Assembly: GCA_963730275.1 (NCBI GenBank) | Contig: CAVSRI010000017.1 | Span: 12,600-76,599, forward strand | Length of the DNA stretch: 64,000 bases | Source of the DNA: an uncultured delta proteobacterium | Lineage (GTDB): Bacteria > Desulfobacterota > Syntrophia > Syntrophales > Smithellaceae | Direction of reading: 5' to 3' | In this document: positions 1-9,459 of the stretch, piece by piece | Layout of the letters: each line of letters starts with the position of its first letter | Position numbering within the stretch: position 1 is the first letter of the stretch | Translations under genes and position numbers: made by a program | Notes under the pieces: generated by a model | Databases searched by the model: none | What the model saw: the letters and a program-made list of their open reading frames with translations, nothing else | Told to the model about the DNA's origin: nothing

Positions 1-259
1 TCATCAGATTGCAGGCCTGAATAATTTTAGGATTGGCGATCCGATAGTATAATTGGATACCTTCACGCCGCGCCACAATGACACCTTTCGACTTTAAAAC
101 ATTCATGTGCTGAGATATATTCACTTTAGCCAGGCCGGTTTTTTGCATTAATTCGCTGTTGGACATTTCTCTGTCTTTAAGCAAATTGATAATTTCCAAA
201 CGTTTATCATTGGCGAATATTTTACAGACATCAGCTTGCAGTTTAAGAATGCTTTCCAT
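1..259 (-). CDS. ArsR/SmtB-family winged-helix transcriptional regulator (C-terminus runs off the window start)
   Basis: Absent from the ORF track because no stop codon lies inside the window. Minus-strand ATG at 259 is preceded by GGAGGA. The translation MESILKLQADVCKIFANDKRLEIINLLKDREMSNSELMQKTGLAKVNISQHMNVLKSKGVIVARREGIQLYYRIANPKIIQACNLM... carries the ArsR-type HTH pattern (SELM..TGL...ISQH...L...G.V..RREG...Y). Confidence 0.8.
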   Translation of the reverse strand, partial: MESILKLQADVCKIFANDKRLEIINLLKDREMSNSELMQKTGLAKVNISQHMNVLKSKGVIVARREGIQLYYRIANPKIIQACNLM

Positions 260-312
260 TTATCCTCCTAGTTTCAAAATTGTACCCGTCACCATTATCT
301 CTCCAGCTATTT

Positions 313-1140
313 TTATGTCCAAAATGATTTTTGTTCGAAGTGGTCGGCTAACACTAACCTTTCTTCTAAACCATTTGGATATTTGTATAAAAGTTTTTCG
401 CGATCAAATTCAGCATTAGTTTTGTGGATTATACGGTGATGATTAGGGCAAGTGACAATAATATTCTTGCTGATATCCAAACCGCCACTGCTCAAAGAAT
501 TAATATGATGAGTTTCTGCAAATGGTTCTTCATATTTAATCCTAAAATTCATGCCGCAAACTTGACAGCGATGATCGTAAATCGCCTTCAATGATTCGGA
601 CAAATATGGATCACGAAAAAATTCTTCATGCTCAGGAACAATAATCTTCTTTTGCTTTTTGGGATGGATAATTACATCGTAGTTACTGAGCGTTTCTCTC
701 ACTAAAGTTGGGCCGAATGTATCTCTGAGCTGATACCCCGTCATTTTACCCCATACATAAGGGTATATTACTGCCTCGTCTTCTTGGCTAATAACCAGAG
801 GATTAGTTTGTCCTGCATACTTACTTGAAAGTGGTAGATCTTCCAAGCTAAATGGAATCGTAGGTATTGTGTCAGAGCAAACAAGAATATATTTCCATGT
901 CTTTCCAGCCTGTGGCCAATGTTGACGACTTATGTCACCTGTATGATCTACTTCGTAGTGGTCATAAACAAGAGCAAATTCGATCCGAGCCTGCAGTTTG
1001 TGTAAGGTGGCAGCTTCATTTTTAACGAGTTGTAAAAGAAGTATTTCGCCTTTTTGGAAATGTGGCACCTGATCAATCGCGAAGAGAGATTTTTCAATGC
1101 ATTCTCTAATCTGAGATTGTCTTACATTAAGACGTTGCAC
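313..1140 (-). CDS. HNH endonuclease-domain protein with an unassigned N-terminal domain; candidate modification-dependent (type IV) restriction enzyme
   Basis: 275-aa ORF with a GTG start at 1140 and AGGA just upstream. The C-terminus HRCQVCGMNF...ETHHINSLSSGGLDISKNIIVTCPNHHRIIH is a canonical HNH (beta-beta-alpha-metal) motif. The first ~170 aa have no motif I can name; the FQKGEILLLQ ... KTWKYILVCSD pattern is only loosely PUA/EVE-like. Confidence 0.75.
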   Translation of the reverse strand: MQRLNVRQSQIRECIEKSLFAIDQVPHFQKGEILLLQLVKNEAATLHKLQARIEFALVYDHYEVDHTGDISRQHWPQAGKTWKYILVCSDTIPTIPFSLEDLPLSSKYAGQTNPLVISQEDEAVIYPYVWGKMTGYQLRDTFGPTLVRETLSNYDVIIHPKKQKKIIVPEHEEFFRDPYLSESLKAIYDHRCQVCGMNFRIKYEEPFAETHHINSLSSGGLDISKNIIVTCPNHHRIIHKTNAEFDREKLLYKYPNGLEERLVLADHFEQKSFWT

Positions 1141-1221
1141 ATGCTAATCCTGTTTATTTGTTTGTCTACTTATCGTAGCTAATCGTCCACCATAAATTAC
1201 TATTTGCCGCCAAAAATGTTT

Positions 1222-2351
1222 TCATATGGATTCTGCCCGCCCCGCCAGCAACTCCACATTGACGCCAGAATCCGAGTCCTGGAAAAAATTATCAATGTCG
1301 CTTAGCACCTCATAAGAAAGGAATTTTACTTTCTTCTCGAAATCCATACGCCTGAAGGTCGGCCGCTTCACCTGCTCGATTACACGATTGCGCCTTTCAT
1401 ATGGTGCGACAATAAAGAGTGGGTAGTTGCTATTCGGAGCGACAATTTTGAGATCGGAAAATCTAAGAAGCCCAGAATAGATGGAAGTGGTATTTTCGAC
1501 TTCGAAAGCCGCATCAATTCTAAATTCCTCTTTCCAAACCACGTCAATATTTTCAACATATTTCGCAGGTACATCTATTCCTGCCGTGAATTCTTGTTCG
1601 AAATTACTAAATCCATATTTTGATGAAATTCTCTGCTGATCACTTTTTGGAATCCAAATCTTAGAACCTGCTTTCATGCCCAGTTGAATTAGTTTCCATT
1701 GCATGCTGATATGCTCCGATGTCTCATCTAGTTGTTCTAAGTTTCTTGAACTTTAGATAATACTTCTTCGGGCTGTTCAAGATCGTAGGCATTTTTCTTT
1801 TCTATTTTTTCTCCTCGTTTAATTCTCTGTAGGATCGAATAGAGATCGTCATATTGATTGTAGAATTCTTTAAGCCTATCATCGGAAATGTTGCTAAACC
1901 CTCGCAGTGTATAATCAGGAGAATAATTAAATAGTTTGATGATTTCGAGAGAAAGGAAGATTAACCTCCATCGGATTAGCGATAAAATAAATGAGATCCC
2001 AACCAACGTTTGACTCTGAATTTTTCAAATTCTTCCATAGCTCTCTCTGATAAAATTGAATTAATGGTTTTGACGGCTATTTTTCCGAGGAGCTTAATGG
2101 TATCGCCTTCAATGATAAGGATATCATCACCAGGGGCCATACGTTCGAACTTGGTTCGATTCAAATGGAATCGCGGGAGCCCCAGACAGGGATTGGCTTG
2201 TTTCCGAAAATGTACCGAATCTTGTTTTTCAGGCCGGCATCAACATATTTTAAAACACAGTTAGGAGAGACCTTGTTTATAATGGTGTCCTGGTAATGAA
2301 CGATGGCTTCTAAATTCCCCGGAGGGAATAAAGAAAAAAAATGTTTCTCAT
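1222..2351 (-). pseudogene. Decayed restriction-endonuclease-like gene (reader-like N-terminus plus PD-(D/E)xK-like C-terminus), at least 4 frame switches
   Basis: Minus-strand ATG at 2351 (GAAGGT RBS) runs straight into an 8-nt homopolymer (2334-2341) and changes frame. The pieces are 2161-2330 (unlisted, ...KYVDAGLKNKIRYIFGNKPIPVWGSRDSI*), 1976-2164, 1737-2006 and 1222-1704. Their end coordinates fall in different frames. Joined conceptually they give one ~370-aa protein. The last piece has IDVVW...RIDAAFEVENTTSIYSG, a PD-(D/E)xK-like core. Confidence 0.6.
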
Positions 2352-2511
2352 TTTACCTTCGCAAATACTTTAGCTAACGCTGCAAATCTCATTGCATTAA
2401 TTTTCAACGAGTTTCATTGATATTACAACTTCTAAAAAACAATGCAACCATTAAATATTACAGACTGAAGGCCGAAAGCGGAAGAGAAAACGAAACGTAA
2501 GGTCAAATATG

Positions 2512-3213
2512 TTATTCCATCAGCCCCTCGTCACCAAAGCTGAAATAGCTTCCATCGCCGATGATGATATGATCCAGCATCCTAATTCCCATTACACTGC
2601 ATGCGGCTGTCAGCTCAGCCGTTATTTTTTTATCTTCCGGGCTAGGCGTAATATTCGCGCTGGGGTGATTATGAACACAAATAATCGAAGCGGCAAATTT
2701 TTGTAATGCCGCATGGATAATTTCCCGGACAATCGGCGCGGCCTGATTGACAGTACCGATGGCCGCATCGGCAATATCGATGATTCCGTTGTTGCTGTTG
2801 AGATAGACAACTTTAAATACTTCCGTCTTGAGGTCGCGCATTTGCGGCATGATAATATCGACGACATCTATTGCAGTGGCAATTTTTTGTTTGGCGCTGA
2901 CGACTTCGTCTTCACGGAAACGCCTGCCGATTTCGAGGGCCGCTTTGATTTGGGCGATTTTAGCCGGGCCCAAACCTTTGAATTCTTTCCAATCGCGGAT
3001 ATCGGAGTGGCTCATATTGCGGAAAGTGCCGAACTTATCCATTATCTTTCTGGCGAGATCAATGGCGCTATTGCCCTGAACTCCGGTGCGCAGCTGTATC
3101 GCCAGAAGCTCGGAGTTGCCTAGCGCCCCCGCGCCCTTTTTGAGCAACTTCTCCCTCGGCCGGTCGCCTTCGGGCCAGCTTTTGATGCCGGTTTTTTTGT
3201 TAGCAGTAGTCAT
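2512..3213 (-). CDS. radC: RadC-family JAB/MPN-domain protein (UPF0758)
   Basis: 233 aa. N-terminal GNSELLAIQLRTG helix-hairpin-helix-like region and C-terminal JAB motif ICVHNHPSANITPSPEDKKIT. The start codon overlaps the abiEii stop (ATGA at 3210-3213). Confidence 0.9.
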   Translation of the reverse strand: MTTANKKTGIKSWPEGDRPREKLLKKGAGALGNSELLAIQLRTGVQGNSAIDLARKIMDKFGTFRNMSHSDIRDWKEFKGLGPAKIAQIKAALEIGRRFREDEVVSAKQKIATAIDVVDIIMPQMRDLKTEVFKVVYLNSNNGIIDIADAAIGTVNQAAPIVREIIHAALQKFAASIICVHNHPSANITPSPEDKKITAELTAACSVMGIRMLDHIIIGDGSYFSFGDEGLME

Positions 3214-4067
3214 TTTGCTTGCTTAAACAACTTGTTAAAATATTTTAATACTTTATCTAAATCAAATTGCTGGTCGGTTCTGATCATTGGAATCAAGTCA
3301 GTTTTAATGGTTCTTTTCATCTCAATTATATCATAATCGGATAAGCCAAGATTATGTGAGTAATCCCGTTTATATCCGTCGAGTCGTAATTTTTCATTAA
3401 CTATTTTCAAAAAATCCGGTCTCTCAAAGTTGAAACCGGTTGCTATAATTTGTGCCAAATCATAGTAATCCCTTATCGCGGGTGTCAGTCGTGAAATAGC
3501 GGCTTTGAGTTTTTCCGCAACGCTTTCCTCAAGAGATAAAGCTAGAATAGTTCCCTGCGGAAACAAATTTTCACCTGTAAAAGGGTCTTGGTAAAAATGC
3601 ATTATGGCCACATTCACAGGCGGTAAAAAAGGCGGCTGCCTGAGAGATATTTCCAGTTTTATGCTTTCCACCTTATTCGAAATAACAGATGCGTATTGAA
3701 TATTAAAAACATATTGCGTTGAATTGTTAAAGCCTTCTCCCTCTGGATTGTCGGTAACAAGAGCGAGCCGCTTTAGAAATGTCGGCATCTTTTCCCGTAT
3801 CGGCGTTATGGCCTTTGACCTTTTCCCACGTGTAGTGACATCAATATCGCTTCGGTATGAAAAATCCAAATCCTCGCTTAGCCTGTGATAGTTCAAATAA
3901 ACTTTATTCAACAATGTGCCGCCCTTGAAAATTATATCGCGGCTCAAATGATCGTTAACCTCGTTAAGAATTATTGTCAGATGATAGTCTTTCTCGATAA
4001 TTGACGGCAGAAAACCATGCTCATCAGCAAGATATTGAATAACGTCTCTTAATTTTTCTTTATCCAT
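3210..4067 (-). CDS. abiEii: AbiEii/AbiGii-family nucleotidyltransferase toxin (DUF1814), type IV toxin-antitoxin/abortive infection
   Basis: 285 aa. The IIEKDYHLT...FKGGTLLNKVYLNYHRLSEDLDFSY block is the hallmark nucleotidyltransferase motif of DUF1814. A later AEKLKA...IRDYYDL motif is also present. Confidence 0.85.
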   Translation of the reverse strand: MDKEKLRDVIQYLADEHGFLPSIIEKDYHLTIILNEVNDHLSRDIIFKGGTLLNKVYLNYHRLSEDLDFSYRSDIDVTTRGKRSKAITPIREKMPTFLKRLALVTDNPEGEGFNNSTQYVFNIQYASVISNKVESIKLEISLRQPPFLPPVNVAIMHFYQDPFTGENLFPQGTILALSLEESVAEKLKAAISRLTPAIRDYYDLAQIIATGFNFERPDFLKIVNEKLRLDGYKRDYSHNLGLSDYDIIEMKRTIKTDLIPMIRTDQQFDLDKVLKYFNKLFKQAK

Positions 4068-4845
4068 TAAAGATAACTTTCCAGTCTTTATTTACTTTCC
4101 CTTTTCTCGATTTAATGAAAGGGTTAAACACTACATAGGTATTGTTCTTCTTAATGGAAGTCTTTAATCTATTCAAATACTTTGCGGGGACCCCCGCACG
4201 CTCAAGCATAATTCCAGCCCGCTTGCGCACAGCCGCCACCGGGAAACGAACTAAGTATCTGACAAATTTATTTAGGTCTATTTTACTGATCTGTTCATTC
4301 AATACGCCCTGAACATTTTTCCAGGAACCCATTGGATTAAAAATAAAATCGATGAGCGTTCGTTCCTTATCACTCATGTATACTTCCATATCATCAATTA
4401 TTATCTTCTTCAGGCCATACATTTTTTGCGGAGATACTTGAATAGCTTTGTATGTATTCTTCCCAATTTTTCTTTGCCATTCTTTTTGCGTATTCAAAAC
4501 AACAACTGATTGGGGAATTTGCTGTGTAAATCCCCAATAATTATACATGGAACTATACCCAATATAATAGGGTATCTCTCCCATCCACAAAGCCGCCACA
4601 GCTAGTTCATTGGGCATCCAGCGTTGATTTGGCGCCTTTAAGGGCACAACCAGATAGCGCCCTTTACGTAATTGTATCAGACGATTTTTCTCTGCCAGAG
4701 ATGCTAAAAGCGCCGTTGCTTTTCTATAATTGCCCAGCGTGTTAACCGCATACTGAGTAGTAATAACTTTTTCTTTTTCAAATTCTGACCGCGACAATAA
4801 ATAAACCGCGTCTTTAGATAATTGCGAATAGCCTTTGGGGCGCAT
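4060..4845 (-). CDS. abiEi: AbiEi-family antitoxin / transcriptional regulator
   Basis: 261 aa, directly upstream of abiEii with an 8-nt overlap (ATGGATAA). It has an N-terminal wHTH-like segment (ALLASLAEKNRLIQLRKGRYLVVP) and a size typical of AbiEi. The call rests mainly on synteny with AbiEii. Confidence 0.75.
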   Translation of the reverse strand: MRPKGYSQLSKDAVYLLSRSEFEKEKVITTQYAVNTLGNYRKATALLASLAEKNRLIQLRKGRYLVVPLKAPNQRWMPNELAVAALWMGEIPYYIGYSSMYNYWGFTQQIPQSVVVLNTQKEWQRKIGKNTYKAIQVSPQKMYGLKKIIIDDMEVYMSDKERTLIDFIFNPMGSWKNVQGVLNEQISKIDLNKFVRYLVRFPVAAVRKRAGIMLERAGVPAKYLNRLKTSIKKNNTYVVFNPFIKSRKGKVNKDWKVIFNG

Positions 4846-5185
4846 TGTATTGTTACCTCTTATTTCCAGTTAACGTGGAATTACCTGGAATGGATACAAC
4901 GTACTCTTACCTATCTATTATGTCAAGATTTTTTTGATGTTTACGCTTGCATGATGTTGTTTAATCACAGGCATGCTGAAACTGAAACTAGGGACAACGC
5001 CTAGTTATTTCCCAGTTAGAGATTTATCCCGTAGGCTTGCCATATGGGATAGGAAATGATTGTTGCATGCCTTCTAGGATTTACCATACTCAGAGTTTAT
5101 TGGAACATAAATATCATTCACGAGTTATTACATCTCTAACAAAGCTAATTTCTAATGTCAGAGTTGGGCTTACCTCGGCGCCACC

Positions 5186-7246
5186 TCATCGAGCAGGATG
5201 TTGACGCTCTCGTTCACAAAGGGCGCATACTGCTCCCGGGCCTTTTGCCTTTGCTTCGGAACGTGTTTCCTTCTCCCTGCCTCCGCCTTCCTTCTTTATC
5301 GTCTTGCGTAAATCATCAAGCTGGATGATGCCTTTCTTGTCCGCGGCTTCTTTGTTGTCTTTGATGATTTTGGCAAACTTGGCATCTTTCGCCACCCGGC
5401 CCTGCGATTTGGACGAAAGCTTTGCAATCAGGGGCTCGTCAACAGGCTTCCAATGCGGCGCGGCTTTCTCCCGCACGCTCAGGAAGGGCGCGATTGCCTG
5501 GGCCGGCAGCGGATAGTCCAGCGCCGCTTCACCAATATCTTCTAGTACAAACCAGCCAGGCAGCCTCACATCCGCCATCACACCCGTCTTCTGCGTCGAT
5601 TTGCCGCCGGGCAGGAAGTACAATGCCGTTGTGACTTTCATTGCGCCAAGCTCCCAGGGCAGCGACATTAGTGACTGCACGGAACCCTTGCCGAAGGTAT
5701 GGTCCGACCCGACGATCACCGCGCGGTGGTAATCTTGCAGAGCACCCGCGACGATTTCGCTTGCCGACGCACTGAGGCGGCTCGTCAGAACAACAAGGGG
5801 GCCCATGTAGAGTGTCCGTGGATCCTCCGCGGGGGTCGCATTGATGCTGCGCTTGTCGTCTTCCGTCCCCGTTGCGGCGGACCCATTGGCAAGAATTGTC
5901 TCCCGCCCCTGACTGTCTTTGACTGCTACTATTCCACCATTGCCAATAAAAAGGCCCGCAAGGCGCACCGCCTCTTCAAGCAGCCCACCACCGTTGCGCG
6001 ACAGGTTCAGGACGATGCCGTCCACCCGCTGCCGCTTGGCCTCGGCAAGAAGTTTTTTCACGTCTTCGTAACTGGACTTGCCGCCCTTCTCGCCGCCGTA
6101 AAAGGAAGGAAGATCGATTACGCCAAAGCGATACTGCCTGCCGCTCACTTTCCGAATTTCATAGGTGATCTTCGCCTCCTGCTCCTTCACGTCGATCTTG
6201 TCGCGCATGATGGTCACATCAAACCGCTCCTTGCGCTTCCCCTGCCGCAGGATCGTCAGGGTTACCCGTGTGCCTTTCTTGCCGCGGATCATGCTGATGA
6301 CGTCGCGCAGGTCCATGTCGATAACGTCAACGGGCATTTCCCCTTCCTGAGCCACAGCGATGATTTTGTCCTTTGGCTTCAACAGACCCGTTTTCTCGGC
6401 GGCGCCCCCGGGAATCAGTTCTTCAATAATGGTAAAGCCGGTGTCGCTCGACAGAAGGGCTCCGATCCCCTCCAGGGAAAGCTTCATCTGAATCTCGAGA
6501 TCCTCGAGGTCTTTCGGGGGCAGGTAACTGGTGTGCGGATCCAGAGCCAGGGCAAAAGCCTCGGCAGAGGTTGTAATGAGCTCGGCGGGATTTTGCTCGA
6601 CCACCCGTTTCGTCTGTAACTCATAGCGGTGTATTTGCTTCTTTTTGGCTGTTGCCAGGTCAGTATCGGTGGCGAGTGCGTTTTCGATCTGGAATTGCAC
6701 GATCTTTTTCAGGAGCCCCTGCTTTTCCGCCGTTGTCTTCGGATAGGAACGTTTGTCTACGTTGATATTCAGCTTCGCCGTCATGTCCAGACGGAAGTCC
6801 GGCCCCAGAATATTTTTGACGATAGCCTCGTTCTCCCGTACCCGGGCAACGAGCAGGTCATACACTTGTTGGAGCGAAGTGCAGTTGACTTTTTCTGCGG
6901 TTTCAAACAGGTCCGTAAGGAGCGGTTTGAGCTTCTTCAAATCAGACTCGTACAGCAGCGTTTTAGAGGGATCAAGGCGTTTGATCATCTGGTCGACGGC
7001 GTGCAGCCTGATCTCCGAGGTAGTACTCTTCATCACGTAGTGTTTGGCGTGGAATGCTTCCATCAGTTTGGGAAGGTCGCTGCAAGTAAGATCTTCCGCT
7101 ACCACGGTGAAGGGGGAGAAGAAGATCATCATCAAGATCAGCGGCAGCAGGAAACAGCACCTGCTCTTCGGGGTTAAGGCCGCGGTAAAGCTTGCGTGAT
7201 TGTAGCGGGGGATATTCTCAGCCCCGTTGGAAATCTTTCTATTCAT
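5186..7246 (-). CDS. prc: Tail-specific / carboxy-terminal processing protease (peptidase S41 with PDZ domain)
   Basis: 686 aa with a signal-anchor, a PDZ domain (GIGALLSSDTGFTIIEELIPGGAAEKTGLLKPKDKIIAV) and S41 blocks (LSRNGGGLLEEAV; LTSRLSASASEIVAGALQDYHRAVIVGSDHTFGKGSVQ). The last ~35 codons look out of frame: another frame reads ...KAREQYAPFVNESVNILLDEVAPR* and ends at 5170. The gene is markedly more GC-rich than its flanks. Confidence 0.85.
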   Translation of the reverse strand: MNRKISNGAENIPRYNHASFTAALTPKSRCCFLLPLILMMIFFSPFTVVAEDLTCSDLPKLMEAFHAKHYVMKSTTSEIRLHAVDQMIKRLDPSKTLLYESDLKKLKPLLTDLFETAEKVNCTSLQQVYDLLVARVRENEAIVKNILGPDFRLDMTAKLNINVDKRSYPKTTAEKQGLLKKIVQFQIENALATDTDLATAKKKQIHRYELQTKRVVEQNPAELITTSAEAFALALDPHTSYLPPKDLEDLEIQMKLSLEGIGALLSSDTGFTIIEELIPGGAAEKTGLLKPKDKIIAVAQEGEMPVDVIDMDLRDVISMIRGKKGTRVTLTILRQGKRKERFDVTIMRDKIDVKEQEAKITYEIRKVSGRQYRFGVIDLPSFYGGEKGGKSSYEDVKKLLAEAKRQRVDGIVLNLSRNGGGLLEEAVRLAGLFIGNGGIVAVKDSQGRETILANGSAATGTEDDKRSINATPAEDPRTLYMGPLVVLTSRLSASASEIVAGALQDYHRAVIVGSDHTFGKGSVQSLMSLPWELGAMKVTTALYFLPGGKSTQKTGVMADVRLPGWFVLEDIGEAALDYPLPAQAIAPFLSVREKAAPHWKPVDEPLIAKLSSKSQGRVAKDAKFAKIIKDNKEAADKKGIIQLDDLRKTIKKEGGGREKETRSEAKAKGPGAVCALCERERQHPAR

Positions 7247-7461
7247 ATAAAGTAACTCGCGAAGAGGTTTTCGAAGTTCTGGAGCTTTAGGTTATACAAT
7301 TTCTAACGGGGTAAATATGGTTCCCATTAGAGCCAGGAAGCATTTTGTCTATTCTTTGAATATCGTTTATTCATCTCTGCATCTCGTAGACGTCATATAC
7401 ACTTAATAACAAGTGTTAAGGAATTATACAGCCCCGTCAATAATTTTCTAGTGAAATTAAT

Positions 7462-8160
7462 TTATCGAGTAATAGCTTCCTTTATCTTTTGCGCTACAGC
7501 CTTTTCTTGAAATACTTTTTCAATGGCATCGCCCAGAGCATTGCTTGCCTGTTCTCCGAGCCACTCTTCGGAAAAGGAGACATCATCCCGGGAAAGCAAG
7601 CTTTCTACTTTGCTTTTATATAATATCTTGTCTTTGGCCGAATCCGCAAAAACAATGGTCAGCTTTACATTGACCTTATACGCATGACTGAAAACTCCTC
7701 GCTCGCACGTTATTTCCAGCTCTTCTATGTTGCCGCCAATGAGAACCTTGCCGGCTACTTTCGGCATCGTTTCTTCTTTCAGATCCCACTGCACAAGCTT
7801 ATCGGCAACTTTATAACCGGCCTTTTTCAAATATTCTTTAATGCCGTTGGCAACGGCTTTCGTCGGAATAACGTACTTGGGGAAGACAGGAACTTTCGTG
7901 CCGTCTCTCTCCGTCACTTCGCCGATTATTTTTTTATCATCCACCTGGCGCGTGTCGGTGAATTCCGCCATAGCAATAACAGCGTTACTTGTTTTTCCGT
8001 CGGCTTTTAAATCTACCGGAATAACAGCCTTAGCCGCATCGTACCGAAGATTGATGCTGTAAAGGCCGTCGGCAGCAGCATAACCAGATATGCCCAAACT
8101 AAAAGCTATCAAAACTAGCAGAGCACTTCCCTTCAGGACAAACGAACAATTATTTTTCAT
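7462..8160 (-). CDS. Exported protein of unknown function (signal peptide)
   Basis: 232-aa ORF with an N-terminal hydrophobic signal (LLVLIAFSLGISGYAAADG). It lies 18 nt downstream of, and on the same strand as, the K+ channel gene. No family motif recognised. Confidence 0.6.
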   Translation of the reverse strand: MKNNCSFVLKGSALLVLIAFSLGISGYAAADGLYSINLRYDAAKAVIPVDLKADGKTSNAVIAMAEFTDTRQVDDKKIIGEVTERDGTKVPVFPKYVIPTKAVANGIKEYLKKAGYKVADKLVQWDLKEETMPKVAGKVLIGGNIEELEITCERGVFSHAYKVNVKLTIVFADSAKDKILYKSKVESLLSRDDVSFSEEWLGEQASNALGDAIEKVFQEKAVAQKIKEAITR

Positions 8161-8178
8161 ATTTTTCTCCTTACTTTG

Positions 8179-9177
8179 CTATATGAGACATACTTGAGCA
8201 AATTGCTTTACGTTTTCATCCTCACCCATAGCTATCAACCTATCACCTTCGGCAATAACATAGTCGGCCAGCGGATTGAAAATCATCTTTCCCGAATCTT
8301 TTTTAACAGCCACGATTATCAATCCGTAACGTTGACGTATTCCTGATTCCTCCAGCGACATGCCAATAATCGGGGATCCTTTACACACGGAAATTTCTTC
8401 CATGCGCAACTCCAAACTTTGCCTGCGGGTCGTTATTTCAATAAAGTCCAGCATGGCCGGACGCAAAATGGCCATAGCCATCCGGACACCGCCCAGCGTA
8501 TAAGGCGACATAACTCTATCCGCTCCCGCCCTGACAAGTCTGTGTTCCGATTCTTCTTCCTCGGAACGGGACATTATATATATATTCTGGTTGAGTTCCT
8601 TTGCCGTTAAAATAACGTAAAGATTTTCCGCGTCCGACGGCAATACGCAAACAATGCCCTTGGCCCGTTTGATTCCCGCTTCAATTAAAGTTTTATCCTG
8701 TGTTGCATCGCCCTTACAGTAAATAAAACCCTCATCCTGAACTTTCTGGATAACCTCGGGATTGTTATCGATGACCACACAAGGCACTTTTTCCGCGGCT
8801 AATTCGCGGCAAATCAAGAACCCGATACGGCCGCAACCGCAAATAATGTAATGATTACCCATTTTTTCGATCATTTTTTCCAATTTACCCCTCCCCAATA
8901 AACCGCGTAAGCGGCCCTCGATTACTGTTTCCGAAATCAGGCCGAACGAATAAAGCATCGTGCCTACGCCAAAAATAATTATAAAAACTGTAAAAAATTT
9001 CCCTCCCGCTGTTACCGGCACGAAATCACCATAACCTACAGTGGATAAAGTGATAATCGTAGCGTAAAAGGAATCGACAAAACTCCACTCTTCAATAAAA
9101 TGAAAACCGATCGTGCCGACTATAAAGATAGTGAGCAAAATTAGCAGGGCGATCTTTAATTTACCGGTAAGGATCAA
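8179..9177 (-). CDS. Potassium channel protein with cytoplasmic RCK/TrkA-N domain (MthK-like)
   Basis: 332 aa. Two TM helices flank the K+ selectivity filter TLSTVGYGD, followed by a Rossmann-type GCGRIG RCK domain. Confidence 0.85.
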   Translation of the reverse strand: MILTGKLKIALLILLTIFIVGTIGFHFIEEWSFVDSFYATIITLSTVGYGDFVPVTAGGKFFTVFIIIFGVGTMLYSFGLISETVIEGRLRGLLGRGKLEKMIEKMGNHYIICGCGRIGFLICRELAAEKVPCVVIDNNPEVIQKVQDEGFIYCKGDATQDKTLIEAGIKRAKGIVCVLPSDAENLYVILTAKELNQNIYIMSRSEEEESEHRLVRAGADRVMSPYTLGGVRMAMAILRPAMLDFIEITTRRQSLELRMEEISVCKGSPIIGMSLEESGIRQRYGLIIVAVKKDSGKMIFNPLADYVIAEGDRLIAMGEDENVKQFAQVCLI

Positions 9178-9459
9178 AGGTTATTCTCTCTTTCATCTTT
9201 ATTCATTAGTTATACCCTTTAACGCCAACATCATGAAAACAATAGTTTGTCGGCCTTGAGGAAATTCTTCTACTCTATACAAGCATATTTAAACACATTC
9301 TATATAAAAATCCAGTGCTGAAATTAACAAATTTATTTCTTTTTGTTTATATAACGTTATAGTATAATCCGACTTACATATATTAACCCATGATTAAAAG
9401 GGCGATAAAAAGATTCACCGGCATATTTTTTTAACCCCAAACATTAACAAGGAGGTCAT

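Noticed and set aside
5699-6619. 306-aa plus-strand ORF, with several other plus-strand ORFs between 5304 and 7177, lying opposite the protease gene.
   Set aside because: It lies entirely antisense to a well-supported S41 protease gene in a GC-rich stretch where long shadow ORFs are expected. The translation is Arg/Ala/Gly-rich with no motif.
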